DNA of 64,000 nucleotides from Mitosporidium daphniae (Eukaryota): NCBI RefSeq assembly GCF_000760515.2, contig NW_013546678.1, positions 1 to 64,000 of the forward strand, read 5' to 3'. Shown piece by piece: positions 22,546 to 34,976 of this stretch (position 1 is its first letter; each line of letters starts with the position of its first letter). The notes under the pieces were generated by a model. It saw only the letters and a program-made list of their open reading frames with translations, ran no database searches and was not told where the DNA came from. The position numbers and the translations under genes were made by a program.

Positions 22546-25500
22546 ATGCTCATTGAAGAAGTCATCATTGATGGCTTCAAAAGCTATGCCTCTCGAACTG
22601 TGATTGGCGGGGGGGATCCAAAACTCAATGCCATCACCGGCCTCAATGGGTCTGGAAAGTCCAATATTCTGGACGCTTTGTGCTTTGTGATGGGAATCGA
22701 AAATATAAAACAAGTAACGCCGCATAGCTTTTACCTGTCAGATTCGCGCAAATACGCTCCAGGACCTGATTTACAAGAGAGGGGCTACTGGAATTAATTT
22801 TGCCAGCGTAACTGTGATATTTAACAACGAAGACGCTCAACATTCTCCCGTTGGATTTTCCTCTTGCCCCAAAATAGCCGTGACGCGTCAGGTGCAATTT
22901 GACGCTAACTCCAGTAGATCGTGCTTGGAGGAAAAAACAAGTTTCTCATCAACGGGACCAGCGTTACGCAGGACCGGGTGGACTCTTTGTTTAGGAATGC
23001 CAATCTTAACGTCAACAATCCACGATTCTTGATTATGCAAGGACAAATAACCAAAATTTTGAACATGAAGCCGCAGGATTTATCAAATATGCTGGAAGAC
23101 ACCGCGGGAACTCGAGTGTATCAAGACCACAAGGAAAAGGCCATCTGTACGCTGCTGAAAAAGGATGCCAAGGTCGGCGAGATCTCTGAAGTAATGGCCT
23201 CCATTGTTTACATTTAGCTGTTGTCGCAATCAATCCTGCCCAAATTAAACTCTTTAAGGCTCGAAAGGTCGCTATCCCTTGAGCAGCAATCTTTAATGAA
23301 CGAACTGGAAAAGCAAGAGGGAGATTTGGCGATATTTACGTACCAAAAGCTGCTTGTGGAGAGGAAAAGTATTGAAGAAAAAGTGTCCCATTTAAAAGCC
23401 GTTCTTTTGGATATCGAAAACAGCCAGTCTTCTCTGAATACCCAACACAATACGTTATCGGCCAACATTGAGGCCTGCTCGCCCAAAATCGTAGCCATAC
23501 AAGCGAAAATTGATGGCCACTCTAAAGAGCTTTCTTTGGTTTCGTCAAAATTATCTGCCTATATCGCCAAAAAAGAAGCCCTTGAGGAGTCAATATCGAC
23601 AACGGAAGCATCCATAAAGAGGCTTGTCTCTTCTTGCACGTCGCCTATCGCCGATCAAGCTCATGACAGCAGGGCAGATCGTGGCCATTTGGAAAAAATC
23701 TCGACCATTCTTTCCGAAATCAACGAAGATTTATTGAGGAAAGAAAAGCAGTCCGCCTTGATACGCTCTTCCAGCTCGCTGTCGAGCGCCTCACTAGATG
23801 AGCTGGACGCAAAAATCGATGGTAATCATGTGGTTTATAACCAAAGGATTGAACCGCTCCATTTCAGAGAAAATCCCCGAATTGTCGCACCAGGAAGAGA
23901 AAATTAAAACCCTAGATGCCAGTATCAAACAACGAAATGAAAAGAAAAAACCGGTTTGGGAACACACCATATCAAGTTTGGAGCATCAAATTTCGGAAAA
24001 GAAGGCTCTAATTGATCACTTGAATGTAAGGCGGTTTTTCAATCAATCTCATTTAGGATGAAGTACAAAAGGCCTCTGTCTCACTATCGCACCTTCCCAG
24101 CTCCATGGAGCTGCTAAAGATCAAATCGGAAAGAGAATACGAAATCAGCGGTGTCAAAAGCTCATGTTCTCGCTTGAAAGAAAAAATCGCCTCTTTTATG
24201 CGATTCCCGGATTTAAGAAACGTCGCTCAAAATCGATTTCATGGCTCGGTAGCATCTGTTTTGTACTTGCCCCCAGAAAACCGTTGCTGGGCATATGCTT
24301 TGGAACTGTGCATCGGAGGACGGATGCACAATTGGGTGGTGGACTCGGAAACCGATGCATCTCAATTGATGCAAACGGCTTCAAACAAGGCGCATAGGAT
24401 GACCGTGCTACCGCTCGCAAAAATCCAGGGCCGTTCGATTGCACGCCATATTTTAGACAAGATTTCGCAAAAGGCCTCTCAATTCCCCAATTCTTGTGCG
24501 CTGCCTGCATCCTCCGTTATCGCGCCGCGGGATCCCAAGTTTTCGCCAATTATCGACTTTATCTTTGGAAATATCATTTTAACAGACAACAAAGAGCTTG
24601 CCCGTGCTATCGCTTTTGATAAGAATATCAAGATAAAGTGTGTTACCAAAGAGGGTGATATTTACGATCCCTCTGGCACGATGACTGGAGGTGCAAAATG
24701 CCACAATCCCTCAAACTCGCCGTCGTATACGACAATTGCATGTTTTTCTGAATATCATGACGTCAACGCAAAAATTGACGACATGAAGAGCTTTCTTGAG
24801 GATAAGGTAAACACTCCTCTCCAAGCCCATGCATCCGTTTCCTCTTTGCTGGCAAATCTTAACAGCCAATTGTCGTTGGAAAATGATGCACTGATGCTGC
24901 TTTCAAAAAAACTTTCAAAAAACGATCACTTTCTTGAGCTAAGGGCTCTTGAAAAAGATTCTGCCGAACTTGACGCTTGCTTGAAGCAAAAGACATTGCT
25001 TGCTGATTCAATCAGCCATTTAAGTGAGAGAGTTTCTAGCCTTTCTGAAGAGCGCATCTCACTTTGCGCTGATCTTTCCCGCGAATCAAAACTGGCAAAT
25101 ATAACATCAGAAATTGAGGCTCTCGTGGTTCGAAAGGCTTCTCTGGATAAAGAAAAGGCTCAATTGCTGGAATCAATTGCCCAGCAAGATTTACAGGCAA
25201 AAATATTGGCCGAAAAAAAACTTTTACACGAAAGGTCAAAGGCAGATCTGCAGATGCAATTGAAACAATCCAAGCTGCAATTGGAAGCTCTCAGTGAAAC
25301 TGGAAAGACCATTCAGGGATCCTTTTCTCGTGCTCAGGAAATCGATCACAAGCTTAAAAGCGAATTGCTGTTTGAAAAGAACGAGGAGCAGTGTCTAAAG
25401 GAGGAACTTGCAAAGGTTTCTTCAAGAATATCGCAAAATCACTCGTCCATTAAAAAAACTCGGGCCGAACTCAACTCTTCAAAGGAAAGCATCGATTCGT

Positions 25501-26319
25501 GCATTCTGGCCATCAACAGACTGTTGAAAGAAGCCCCGCAACTGGCATCAGCTTCTTTTGCCTCGGTAGGCAGTACATCTCACATCGAACTGGACTCCAA
25601 AGTTCAAGCACTGCGCATTAAAATCTCGGAGATAAGGGAAAAGATCGCCAAGAAATCCGCTGAAATTTCCTTCAATTCGTCAAAATCAAAGGATTCCTCG
25701 CTGATCCAAATGATCGATTCGCTTGAGCGCCAAGAGTCGCATCTTCAAAAGAATTTGTCAAGAGTCAAGCTTGACAAGCAAAAAATCGAAGAGGCCATCG
25801 GGAAGCTTAATGATTTCAGAGAATCGGCTCTCAAAGACACGTTCTCTCGCGTAAACAAGGATTTTGGAGAAATCATCGGGGTGCTGTTGCCGCAATCTTT
25901 TGCCGAGCTCAATTTTGAAGGCAAAAGCATTGCCGATGGCGTTAATATAAGGATCCGCCTTGGTTCTGTGTGGAAAAACTCTCTGAATGAGCTCTCTGGT
26001 GGTCAAAAGTAGGGCTTTACAAACTAACCGTAGATCTCTTGTTGCCCTTGCCCTGATTCTTGCAATGCTGCAGTTTTCCCCGGCCCCAATCTACATACTT
26101 GATGAGATCGATGCGGCGTTGGATCTTTCCCACACGCAACATATTGGCTCTCTGCTGAAGTCCAAATTTTCGGGCGCTCAATTTATCATTGTAAGCTTAA
26201 AAGAGGGGCTGTTTAATCACGCCGACGTTTTGTTTCGAACAAAATTTGTAGATGGCGTCTCAATTGTCGAGCGCCACCAAAATCCCAACAAAGGCAAGCC
26301 CAAAAATAAAATGTCTTAA
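22546..26319 (+). CDS. SMC2: Condensin subunit SMC2 (6 introns, 25-31 nt)
   Basis: [23 protein letters not shown], hinge [21 protein letters not shown] and [21 protein letters not shown]. Confidence 0.95.
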
Positions 26320-26338
26320 ATTTTACTTTTTAAATTCC

Positions 26339-27655
<1,317 letters not shown>

Positions 27656-28113
27656 AGGAATCAAATGTTCAACCGGTCGACAAAATGTCTGACCCCACGT
27701 ACTTGACCATAGCCACTGTGCTAAATGCAGTCTAAGAATTCAACTTGGTGTCTTAATGGATGCAAGAGCCGCTTAAGTTTATTATCCATTGTCATGAGCT
27801 TGCAACTGAGTACATAGCGATGCCAACCACTTTGATGGATGTTTGCCAATTAGGAACTATTATCGATTGCTGCAGAAAAAAAACAGAATTCGGTACATAA
27901 ATGAATCCAGGGTTCAAGCTCCTCAGTCCCATCATGTCAGAGGCAACGGGGAGCAGGCAGTTTGTTGTGCGTGCACTATTATTGGTATTCAAAAGATTTA
28001 TTTCAGACTACACCACATCCAAAGGACTTGGGTTTTAAACCAAGTAAATGAATTGGTAAAGTGGGGTTACTTTTCTAGAGCCAAAACACCATAATGGGAG
28101 ATGATAAAAGAAA

Positions 28114-30993
28114 TCAGTGATGTTCATTAACATATGCGACTTCGCAATGGTAGGGAACATTTAAAAGTATACCATCTTGCTGATTGGAGTCCAGCTTTTG
28201 ATGGACAAATATATTGGACTCGTTTGGCGTGTTTTTCAAGCACTTTATCGCAAGGATTCTACTCGGCTCCGGAAGGTCTACTATAAGTGAAAAGCAACGG
28301 GAGCCTTGGGCCGCCTGTGGCCTTGAAATTTGATATGAATTATAGGAAGAAGGGGCGTCAAGGTGATCAAAGCTAATACAAGAGGGACAAACTACGCTGC
28401 TAACAAAAGGAGAAAATCGGGCCTCTTGGGACGACTCGAAGCTATTTCTTTTTAAACTAAACAGCTTGGCCAGCGACCCAACTCTTATGGAAAAATCGGA
28501 AAGATAAATCGGGGGATACGAGTCGAGAAACTCGGTTTTCGAATAATTGTCATATTTTGAGAAATAATCAAACAATTGGAGATCAATAGGCGCAAACGAA
28601 AACACAAGCGAACGAGAAGGGACAGGAAGCGCAACGGCATCAGCATCGGAAATGTTTTTCCAGCTTGGACTTGTGGGAACATCAAGAGGCAAGAATTTCC
28701 CCATATCTTTGATAACCGAACCGACAATGGAATTGTTCTTAGATGGGAAAAATCCAATGGGAAGCGTAGCTCGAACATTTTCCAAGTCTTCCTCGAAAGC
28801 GAAGGTTCTGGATACAACGGTGTCCAAAATAAATCCGGTTGGAAAAGCCTCTAATTGCTGGCTGACGATGAACGAAGATGATGAATTACTAAACCCGATG
28901 TCTTTTCGCACATCGGTGAAAGATAAAGGCTTTTCAGAAATATTTGGATACAGTGACCAATCAATCAGATTTTTTGGAGAAAATGACTTTTGAAAAGATG
29001 CAGAGATCGAAAGAATAGACGAATTCACATTGGGTTTGGAAATCTTGATGAAGACGTCAAGAACGGAAACCTTTGCCTTTTCATAAGCCACTTGTTCCTT
29101 CACAATTTCATCTTTCGAAACTTGTTGCCTTGCAACCAATTCGGGTAACGATTTTATCCTATCAAAAGAGGAACCCTCAATAAAAGAGTTCCCAACTTCC
29201 AGATTGGATTTAGAGAGTTTTAAAATCGACGATAATTTAGAAATTGTCGCCTCAATTGATGTAATGGTTTCTCGTATCGGCGTATCAAAGGTAAGATTTT
29301 GCGAAATCAATTTGTCGTCAAATTCAGAAAAAAATTCCTCTGTACTGGTATAAGCTGGGAATAAGTTTGGAGAATGTGATAGCGTCCATAAGTAATATTG
29401 CTGCTGAAAGGGAACCACATAGATACTCAGCAAATCATGAAGTGGGATCATTTGTCCTTTGATAATTTTGGGAGAAACTTTTGACGAGCTGTACCAATGT
29501 TCAAAAATCTCAAATAGCTTTCTGCTTGAGAGCGTGGGTGCATCGTAGCAGGACTTGATTTTGTTATAAGACCAATGCTCCATATGGGATGAACGGATCT
29601 CCATAGACTTGAAATTAGATGGAAATAATAAATCTGACGAGCGGAAAAGACGGCATATTGGATAGCATTTGGGATTTTCGTGAACAAATAGCGGTATTTT
29701 TTTGGAGAATTCGGTAAAAAATGCTGGAGAAATCGCCTGCAATCGGAGACTCTTGGCGTTGGCACTCTTCAAATAGAGCTGGGTTAAGAGTAGCGAAAAT
29801 TGATATTCCAGGCAAAATTTCAGATTCTCATAGTACCTTTCAAGCAACGGATCCCTAATTGACTTTAAATCGACTTCAATCAGAATGTCCAGATATCCTC
29901 CCAAGGAGCCGCTTTGGAACACGTGGGTTCCATATTTCATTTTTAGCGAGTTTGCAGCCGATTCGTCCTTAAACAGGGCGCCCAGATCATTTAAAAAAGG
30001 CTGCGACAGCCTTACTAGTGATGAATTGTAGGCCGTAGATGCAAAGGAAGACAAGAAAAACGACTCGGTCTCCATTGAGTATCTAAAGCGCAAAATCGAG
30101 GTGTCAAAATTTCCTGATTTGGAGAGACTGGGAAACGTTGAATTTGAAAGAAATTCCTTTTTAAACGAAAGATTGGAAACTCTGGTGGGCGTTGGGTCCC
30201 AGTGGAAAGCTTTTGACTTGAAAAACAAATTTTTTGCCCTTTCAATGATGCTTGAAGGGATCTTTTTACTAAGTGAATACAGCTCCGAAAATACCGGAGT
30301 GTGGCCAGAATTTTCGACCAAGTCCTCTATCTCACTGTAAAGTAGCGAATCCGAATTAAAGAAAATGGAAGTGGTCAAAGTCAGCTCTTTGAGAGCTTTG
30401 GGCTTTTGCATAAATCTGGCATTTCTTGGCACCAAAGATATTGAATTTGATGTTAAATATTCTGACATTGACGCTGGACACCTGCATTGCATGTGAAGGG
30501 AGTCAATGGGCCTCGAATCGGAAATTCTAGACATAATCGACGGTGTCACGCCACAAAATACTTCTCGCTCAATCTTCGAGATGTCTTTACCGCTATTTAC
30601 ATTAAAAACCTCATCCTCTCCAAACATGCATATGGGAGTGATATTTGAGTGGCTGACGTAAGAATACGGGACGGCTGTCAAAAGGTCGTTCATTTGTAAA
30701 ACATTGGTTGCGGTAACATTTTCCAAGGGAATAACAAAGGAAAAGACCTTTTCATTCTGTTTTGCACCAGGAGAAAGACCAAAATACTTGAAAAAACAGC
30801 AAATCACCAAAATTAAAGCCAAAAGTACCGAGATAAGCACGGGAAGTAGCTTTTTGAAGACAGATGTGTGCTCTTCGATTTCTAAAGTATCTACAAGCTT
30901 CTCCTTTAAAATATTGACGTCAGTGTATGTAGTGTCGTGCTCCGAATATGGGGGCGGGGGGCTCGGATAAACGTCGTGCTTTTCATCATTCAT
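28114..30993 (-). CDS. Membrane-anchored MACPF/perforin-like domain protein (may have further 3' exons to ~27792)
   Basis: Likely start MNDEK (30993), then PPPPY, one hydrophobic TM helix, and KYGTHVFQSGSLGG resembling the MACPF signature [YW]G[TS]H[FY]x6GG. Confidence 0.65.
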   Translation of the reverse strand: MNDEKHDVYPSPPPPYSEHDTTYTDVNILKEKLVDTLEIEEHTSVFKKLLPVLISVLLALILVICCFFKYFGLSPGAKQNEKVFSFVIPLENVTATNVLQMNDLLTAVPYSYVSHSNITPICMFGEDEVFNVNSGKDISKIEREVFCGVTPSIMSRISDSRPIDSLHMQCRCPASMSEYLTSNSISLVPRNARFMQKPKALKELTLTTSIFFNSDSLLYSEIEDLVENSGHTPVFSELYSLSKKIPSSIIERAKNLFFKSKAFHWDPTPTRVSNLSFKKEFLSNSTFPSLSKSGNFDTSILRFRYSMETESFFLSSFASTAYNSSLVRLSQPFLNDLGALFKDESAANSLKMKYGTHVFQSGSLGGYLDILIEVDLKSIRDPLLERYYENLKFCLEYQFSLLLTQLYLKSANAKSLRLQAISPAFFTEFSKKIPLFVHENPKCYPICRLFRSSDLLFPSNFKSMEIRSSHMEHWSYNKIKSCYDAPTLSSRKLFEIFEHWYSSSKVSPKIIKGQMIPLHDLLSIYVVPFQQQYYLWTLSHSPNLFPAYTSTEEFFSEFDDKLISQNLTFDTPIRETITSIEATISKLSSILKLSKSNLEVGNSFIEGSSFDRIKSLPELVARQQVSKDEIVKEQVAYEKAKVSVLDVFIKISKPNVNSSILSISASFQKSFSPKNLIDWSLYPNISEKPLSFTDVRKDIGFSNSSSSFIVSQQLEAFPTGFILDTVVSRTFAFEEDLENVRATLPIGFFPSKNNSIVGSVIKDMGKFLPLDVPTSPSWKNISDADAVALPVPSRSLVFSFAPIDLQLFDYFSKYDNYSKTEFLDSYPPIYLSDFSIRVGSLAKLFSLKRNSFESSQEARFSPFVSSVVCPSCISFDHLDAPSSYNSYQISRPQAAQGSRCFSLIVDLPEPSRILAIKCLKNTPNESNIFVHQKLDSNQQDGILLNVPYHCEVAYVNEHH

Positions 30994-31093
30994 AGCTTTA
31001 GCTTGATCTTGGAAGCAGATTAAAATTAAACTGATAATATTTGCAAAGCCAACCATTGGTGGGCCTAATTGCCAATAAAATTTATTGTGTGGC

Positions 31094-32012
31094 TCATTTA
31101 ATTTTAACGATCTCGCTTGTGAACAGCAATTCCGACGTTGGCCTTTGTGTCGGCTAGAAAGGGTTAACACATCAAATGCGAATACATCTAAGGACAAAAG
31201 CGATTGAAGAAAGGTCTCCAATCTGCGCGAGTATCCCTTCAGTGTTATGCAGTCATGTGGACGTCTAAATCTTAAAAGCCCCGGCTCACTAAGATCATGT
31301 GATTAATGGGAAAGATGGGACCTAAATGTGCACATTTGATACAATATGCAGCCCAAAGACCAAATATCAGAGCGCGAGTCGTAGCTTGAGTTTGTAAACA
31401 ATTCGGGCGCCATATAGGAAAGGGTTCCAATGAAAGTGTGGCTGCACGAGTGTTCGTCGTGGGACAGTATTTTCACCATTCCAAAATCGCCTATCTTCAT
31501 ATTGCTGTCGATAAAAATGTTCTCCGGCTTTAGATCGCGGTGGATAAATGGGATCGGCCCGTTATGGCAAGCAAATAGCCCCTCGATTAGTTGAGAAGCA
31601 ACAATCCAGATGAAAGTCTCCGAAAAGGGGACCTTTGACTGGTTTCTTTTTGCAATAAGATCGGCCAAACTTCCGCCAGCACAATACTCCATGAAAAGAT
31701 ATACGCATCTTTTCTTGTAATTGATGGCCCATCCATAAAATTGCACAAACGAGGACGAAATCGGAGACGAACTAAGCGTTCGCATAATATTGACCTCCGA
31801 AATCAAATGACACCGTTCTTTAGGCGACATTCGCCCATAAAATATCTTTTTCCTTGCCAAAAACTACATTTAATCAAGGGAAAAAGCCAAACGGTCTCCT
31901 CGCCCACAGGCTTGACCTTGTGCACGATTCCATAAGAGCCTGATCCAAGGAAATTAAGGATACAGTATTTCCTGAAAATTAGCCCCTTCTCCGTGGTTGA
32001 GCTGCAGCGCAT
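31094..32012 (-). CDS. NIMA/NEK-family Ser/Thr kinase (3 introns), kinase domain only
   Basis: GSGSYG, ARKKIFYGRMSPKER..SEVNIMR, MEYCAGG, HRDLKPENIF, DFG, GTLSYMAPE and DIWSLGC; spliced tail YSRRL..LSLD|PTQRP. Confidence 0.9.
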
Positions 32013-32261
32013 AAAATTAATTCACTTGCATGAACGCATTGTTAACACGGCCGAGCTGGGAAAATTGAACGTTCAACAATAAAAGGTGTGTAATTTGCCG
32101 CTGAGGCGCTGGTTTACAGGCCAATTTTATTGGCCAATTTTTAACCTCAATTGGAAACCCTATCCAGTGATTCTTCGACCGATTTTGAAACTTTACATTC
32201 ATCAGTTTCCAATAAAATGCATTCTTGATTTAGGTGTATAGCTCAAATAGAGGCATTTTTC

Positions 32262-33833
32262 ATGATGCTTTACATGATATTTCTCATCCTTGCTTATGTG
32301 ATATCCATTGCTTTTGTTGATGCCGGCGATGATGCCTATCTGGCACCTTTAATCTTGGCCCCAAGACACGAAATTGGGATGTTCGGGGGCCACATGTCTC
32401 AAACGTTCAACAACAGATACATTGTGCATCTAAATCGCGAAAGTACTTTTGGATTTTCGCCGCGTTCATCGATGGCAGTTCTGGAGGCCCATCGACAAAT
32501 GCTGCTCCAGGAGCTCTCCATGCCAGGCTCAAAATCATCCTTGGATCATACCTATGACTTTGATAGCTTTATTGGATATTCCGGGATATTTGAATCCGAC
32601 TTGTTGATCAAGATCCGAAAGGATCCGGCAGTAAAACTGGTGGAACAGGATCAAGTTATGTTTGCCTTTCCCGACACTTCTTCAGAACTCTTTTTCGACA
32701 AGGATACCTTTTCCGCAACAAAGCAGCTGCTTTCGCTGACTCCCCTTGACCAATCCTTGTCTCTTGTCAACGATATCGTCAAGATGTTCAAAAAAAAGCG
32801 GCATTTGAAACTCAAAGGAAACCACGACTTTTTGTCGGAATCCTCGCTTTACAAAAGTGATTATGCAAGCAGACGCCCAAAGGGCTCAAAGTGCCTTGGG
32901 CAGGATAATGCTCCATGGGGCCTCTCAAGAGTTTCCTATAATCCGACCTATGATAACGATTTTATCAACAACGGCACATACTGGTATCCAAAGTCTGCCG
33001 GCTCCAATGTCAACGTGTACATTGTTGACACTGGCATCAATGTTGATCACGAAGATTTCAAAGGCCGAGCGCGTTGGGGCATTACCATCCCGCAATTTGA
33101 TCTGGACACTGATGGCAGTGGACACGGCACTCACTGTGCCGGGATTGTGGGTGGCGACACTTATGGCGTTGCAAAAAACGCCACATTGGTTGCCGTAAAG
33201 GTATTAAGAACGAATGGATTTGGAACCAATGCTGATGTCATCAAGGGCGTTGAATGGGTCTTTAACCAGCATCGCATTTCTCAAAGGTCTGGAAGCCGAT
33301 CCGTCATCAATCTTTCCCTTGGTGGCGGTCGTTCAATTGCTCTTGAAAAGGCTATCGAGGCATGCATTGACTCGGGAGTTCATGTTGCCGTTGCTGCGGG
33401 AAACGACAATCGGGACGCGTGCAACTATTCCCCTGCAGCCACGAAAAAGGCAATCACCGTTGGCGCATCGACAAAAAAGGATAAAATGGCCTACTTTTCA
33501 AACATTGGGCCATGTGTCGACATCTTTGCCCCTGGAATGGACATCACCTCGGCATGGATTGGATCGCCTACGGCGATCAACACCATTTCCGGCACTTCGA
33601 TGGCTTCTCCTCACGTGGCAGGTGTGCTGGCCCTGCATCTGGGCGAGAAAGCTTATCACCCTCAGGAGCTGAAAGATCTATTATTGAAAACGGCCAACAA
33701 TGGATTGCTAAAGCTGCTACCGCCAGATACCGCCAACAAACTTCTGTCCACAGATGCACTACTTACGGACGTTGAATTTTCCGCTCAAACTTTGGAAAAC
33801 TCTGTGGATGACCTCTATGCATCACTATACTAG
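32262..33833 (+). CDS. PRB1: Subtilisin-like serine protease (proteinase B/cerevisin type) with signal peptide and I9 prodomain
   Basis: Catalytic motifs VDTG, GHGTHCAG and SGTSMASPHVAG; hydrophobic N-terminus. Confidence 0.93.
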   Translation: MMLYMIFLILAYVISIAFVDAGDDAYLAPLILAPRHEIGMFGGHMSQTFNNRYIVHLNRESTFGFSPRSSMAVLEAHRQMLLQELSMPGSKSSLDHTYDFDSFIGYSGIFESDLLIKIRKDPAVKLVEQDQVMFAFPDTSSELFFDKDTFSATKQLLSLTPLDQSLSLVNDIVKMFKKKRHLKLKGNHDFLSESSLYKSDYASRRPKGSKCLGQDNAPWGLSRVSYNPTYDNDFINNGTYWYPKSAGSNVNVYIVDTGINVDHEDFKGRARWGITIPQFDLDTDGSGHGTHCAGIVGGDTYGVAKNATLVAVKVLRTNGFGTNADVIKGVEWVFNQHRISQRSGSRSVINLSLGGGRSIALEKAIEACIDSGVHVAVAAGNDNRDACNYSPAATKKAITVGASTKKDKMAYFSNIGPCVDIFAPGMDITSAWIGSPTAINTISGTSMASPHVAGVLALHLGEKAYHPQELKDLLLKTANNGLLKLLPPDTANKLLSTDALLTDVEFSAQTLENSVDDLYASLY

Positions 33834-33978
33834 TAGCATCATTAATAATAAAATAATCCTTTTCTATTCATTGTCTTATAAATGATTACGGCCTCAACTT
33901 TGGGTCCGCGCCTATAGCAAGCGTGCCAGCCGTAGGCCAACAGATATGTCGGTTACAGACCAACATACAGGTCGACTA

Positions 33979-34034
33979 TAACCCCCAACCCTAACCCTAA
34001 AACAATCCTAACTACATGCGCTTAACCCAAAACC
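33979..34034 (+). repeat. Degenerate interstitial telomere-like (CCCTAA) tract
   Basis: taacccccaaccctaaccctaaaacaatcctaac..cttaacccaaaacc, with an inverted tagggttag at 34093-34101. Confidence 0.6.
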
Positions 34035-34124
34035 GGAGCTGCAATAAAGACATTTACTATTTCTATTAAAGAATATTTTACTGGAAATGAACTAGGGTTA
34101 GACTGTTCAAGTGCCAATATGCTC

Positions 34125-34886
34125 TCATAGCGACTTGATAACCGAAAAATCTATCAGGGAAGAGGAAGATTGTATGCTTTCTCCAGAAGAATTGTCAAAC
34201 GGCCGCTTCCCCCATCGGGCAGGATCAAAAGCAATGAAAAGAGCTAATATGGTCATCAAATATACAGTACTTTTTGACGATGCCTGTGGACTCTCCCTCG
34301 AGGCGGCTGCCGCCGCCACTGATGCGGCTGAAGGTGGCTGAACCCATATGGCGGCATCCCTATGCCATCTCCAACCCCGTCTGCACAAATCGGCGCAAAT
34401 CGGCAAAAAGGACACTGCAGAGGAAGATTCATTGCCTCCAACAGCACAATTGTGATAAAATAAGAAAAAAGGAGCCTCTTCAGACAGTGTGCTTAGTTTG
34501 GCTGTAAGGCTGTTTTGCGTTCCCGGTGAATGGATGTTATAACATGGCGGTAGGAGCTGATGCAATCGAGCAGAAGGATTACCCCATGGAGAGACAAAAT
34601 TCAAATATAGCGGTCTGCGAAATAAAGACGACGCTACTTACTCTGTGGAAGCTAGATCCAGGCCAAGCGAGGACAAGTCGATGCCGAGATCTAGGGCCGA
34701 GGCTAGGGGATCTGTCATCCGGATCAGCGAAAGGAGACCGGGAAGTCCATATGGATCTCCACCTTTGGGAATACCCCCTGCTACCTGCGGCTGCGACATT
34801 AATGTGGACGGTGCTGGCGAAATTTGAGACGCAGATGGCGGCAAAGGCGGGGACGACTTTTGGGGTTGGCTGGGCTGCGCAACCAT
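34125..34886 (-). CDS. NOT2: CCR4-NOT subunit Not2 (27-nt intron)
   Basis: DPYGLPGLL..LGIDLSSLGLDL..PLYLNFVSPW..LPPCY..FFLFY..RGWRWHR..FDPARW. Confidence 0.9.
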
Positions 34887-34976
34887 GGATGATCAAAATT
34901 GAAAATTTCAATACTACGAAATTGAAGTGATATCAACCCTAACCCCCAAATTGGAATTTTCTGAATTCTATTGTGG

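Noticed and set aside
30994..31221. First ~76 aa of the 1035-aa ORF
   Set aside because: These bases are the last exons and intron of the upstream NEK kinase plus the intergenic gap; the likely start is MNDEK at 30993.
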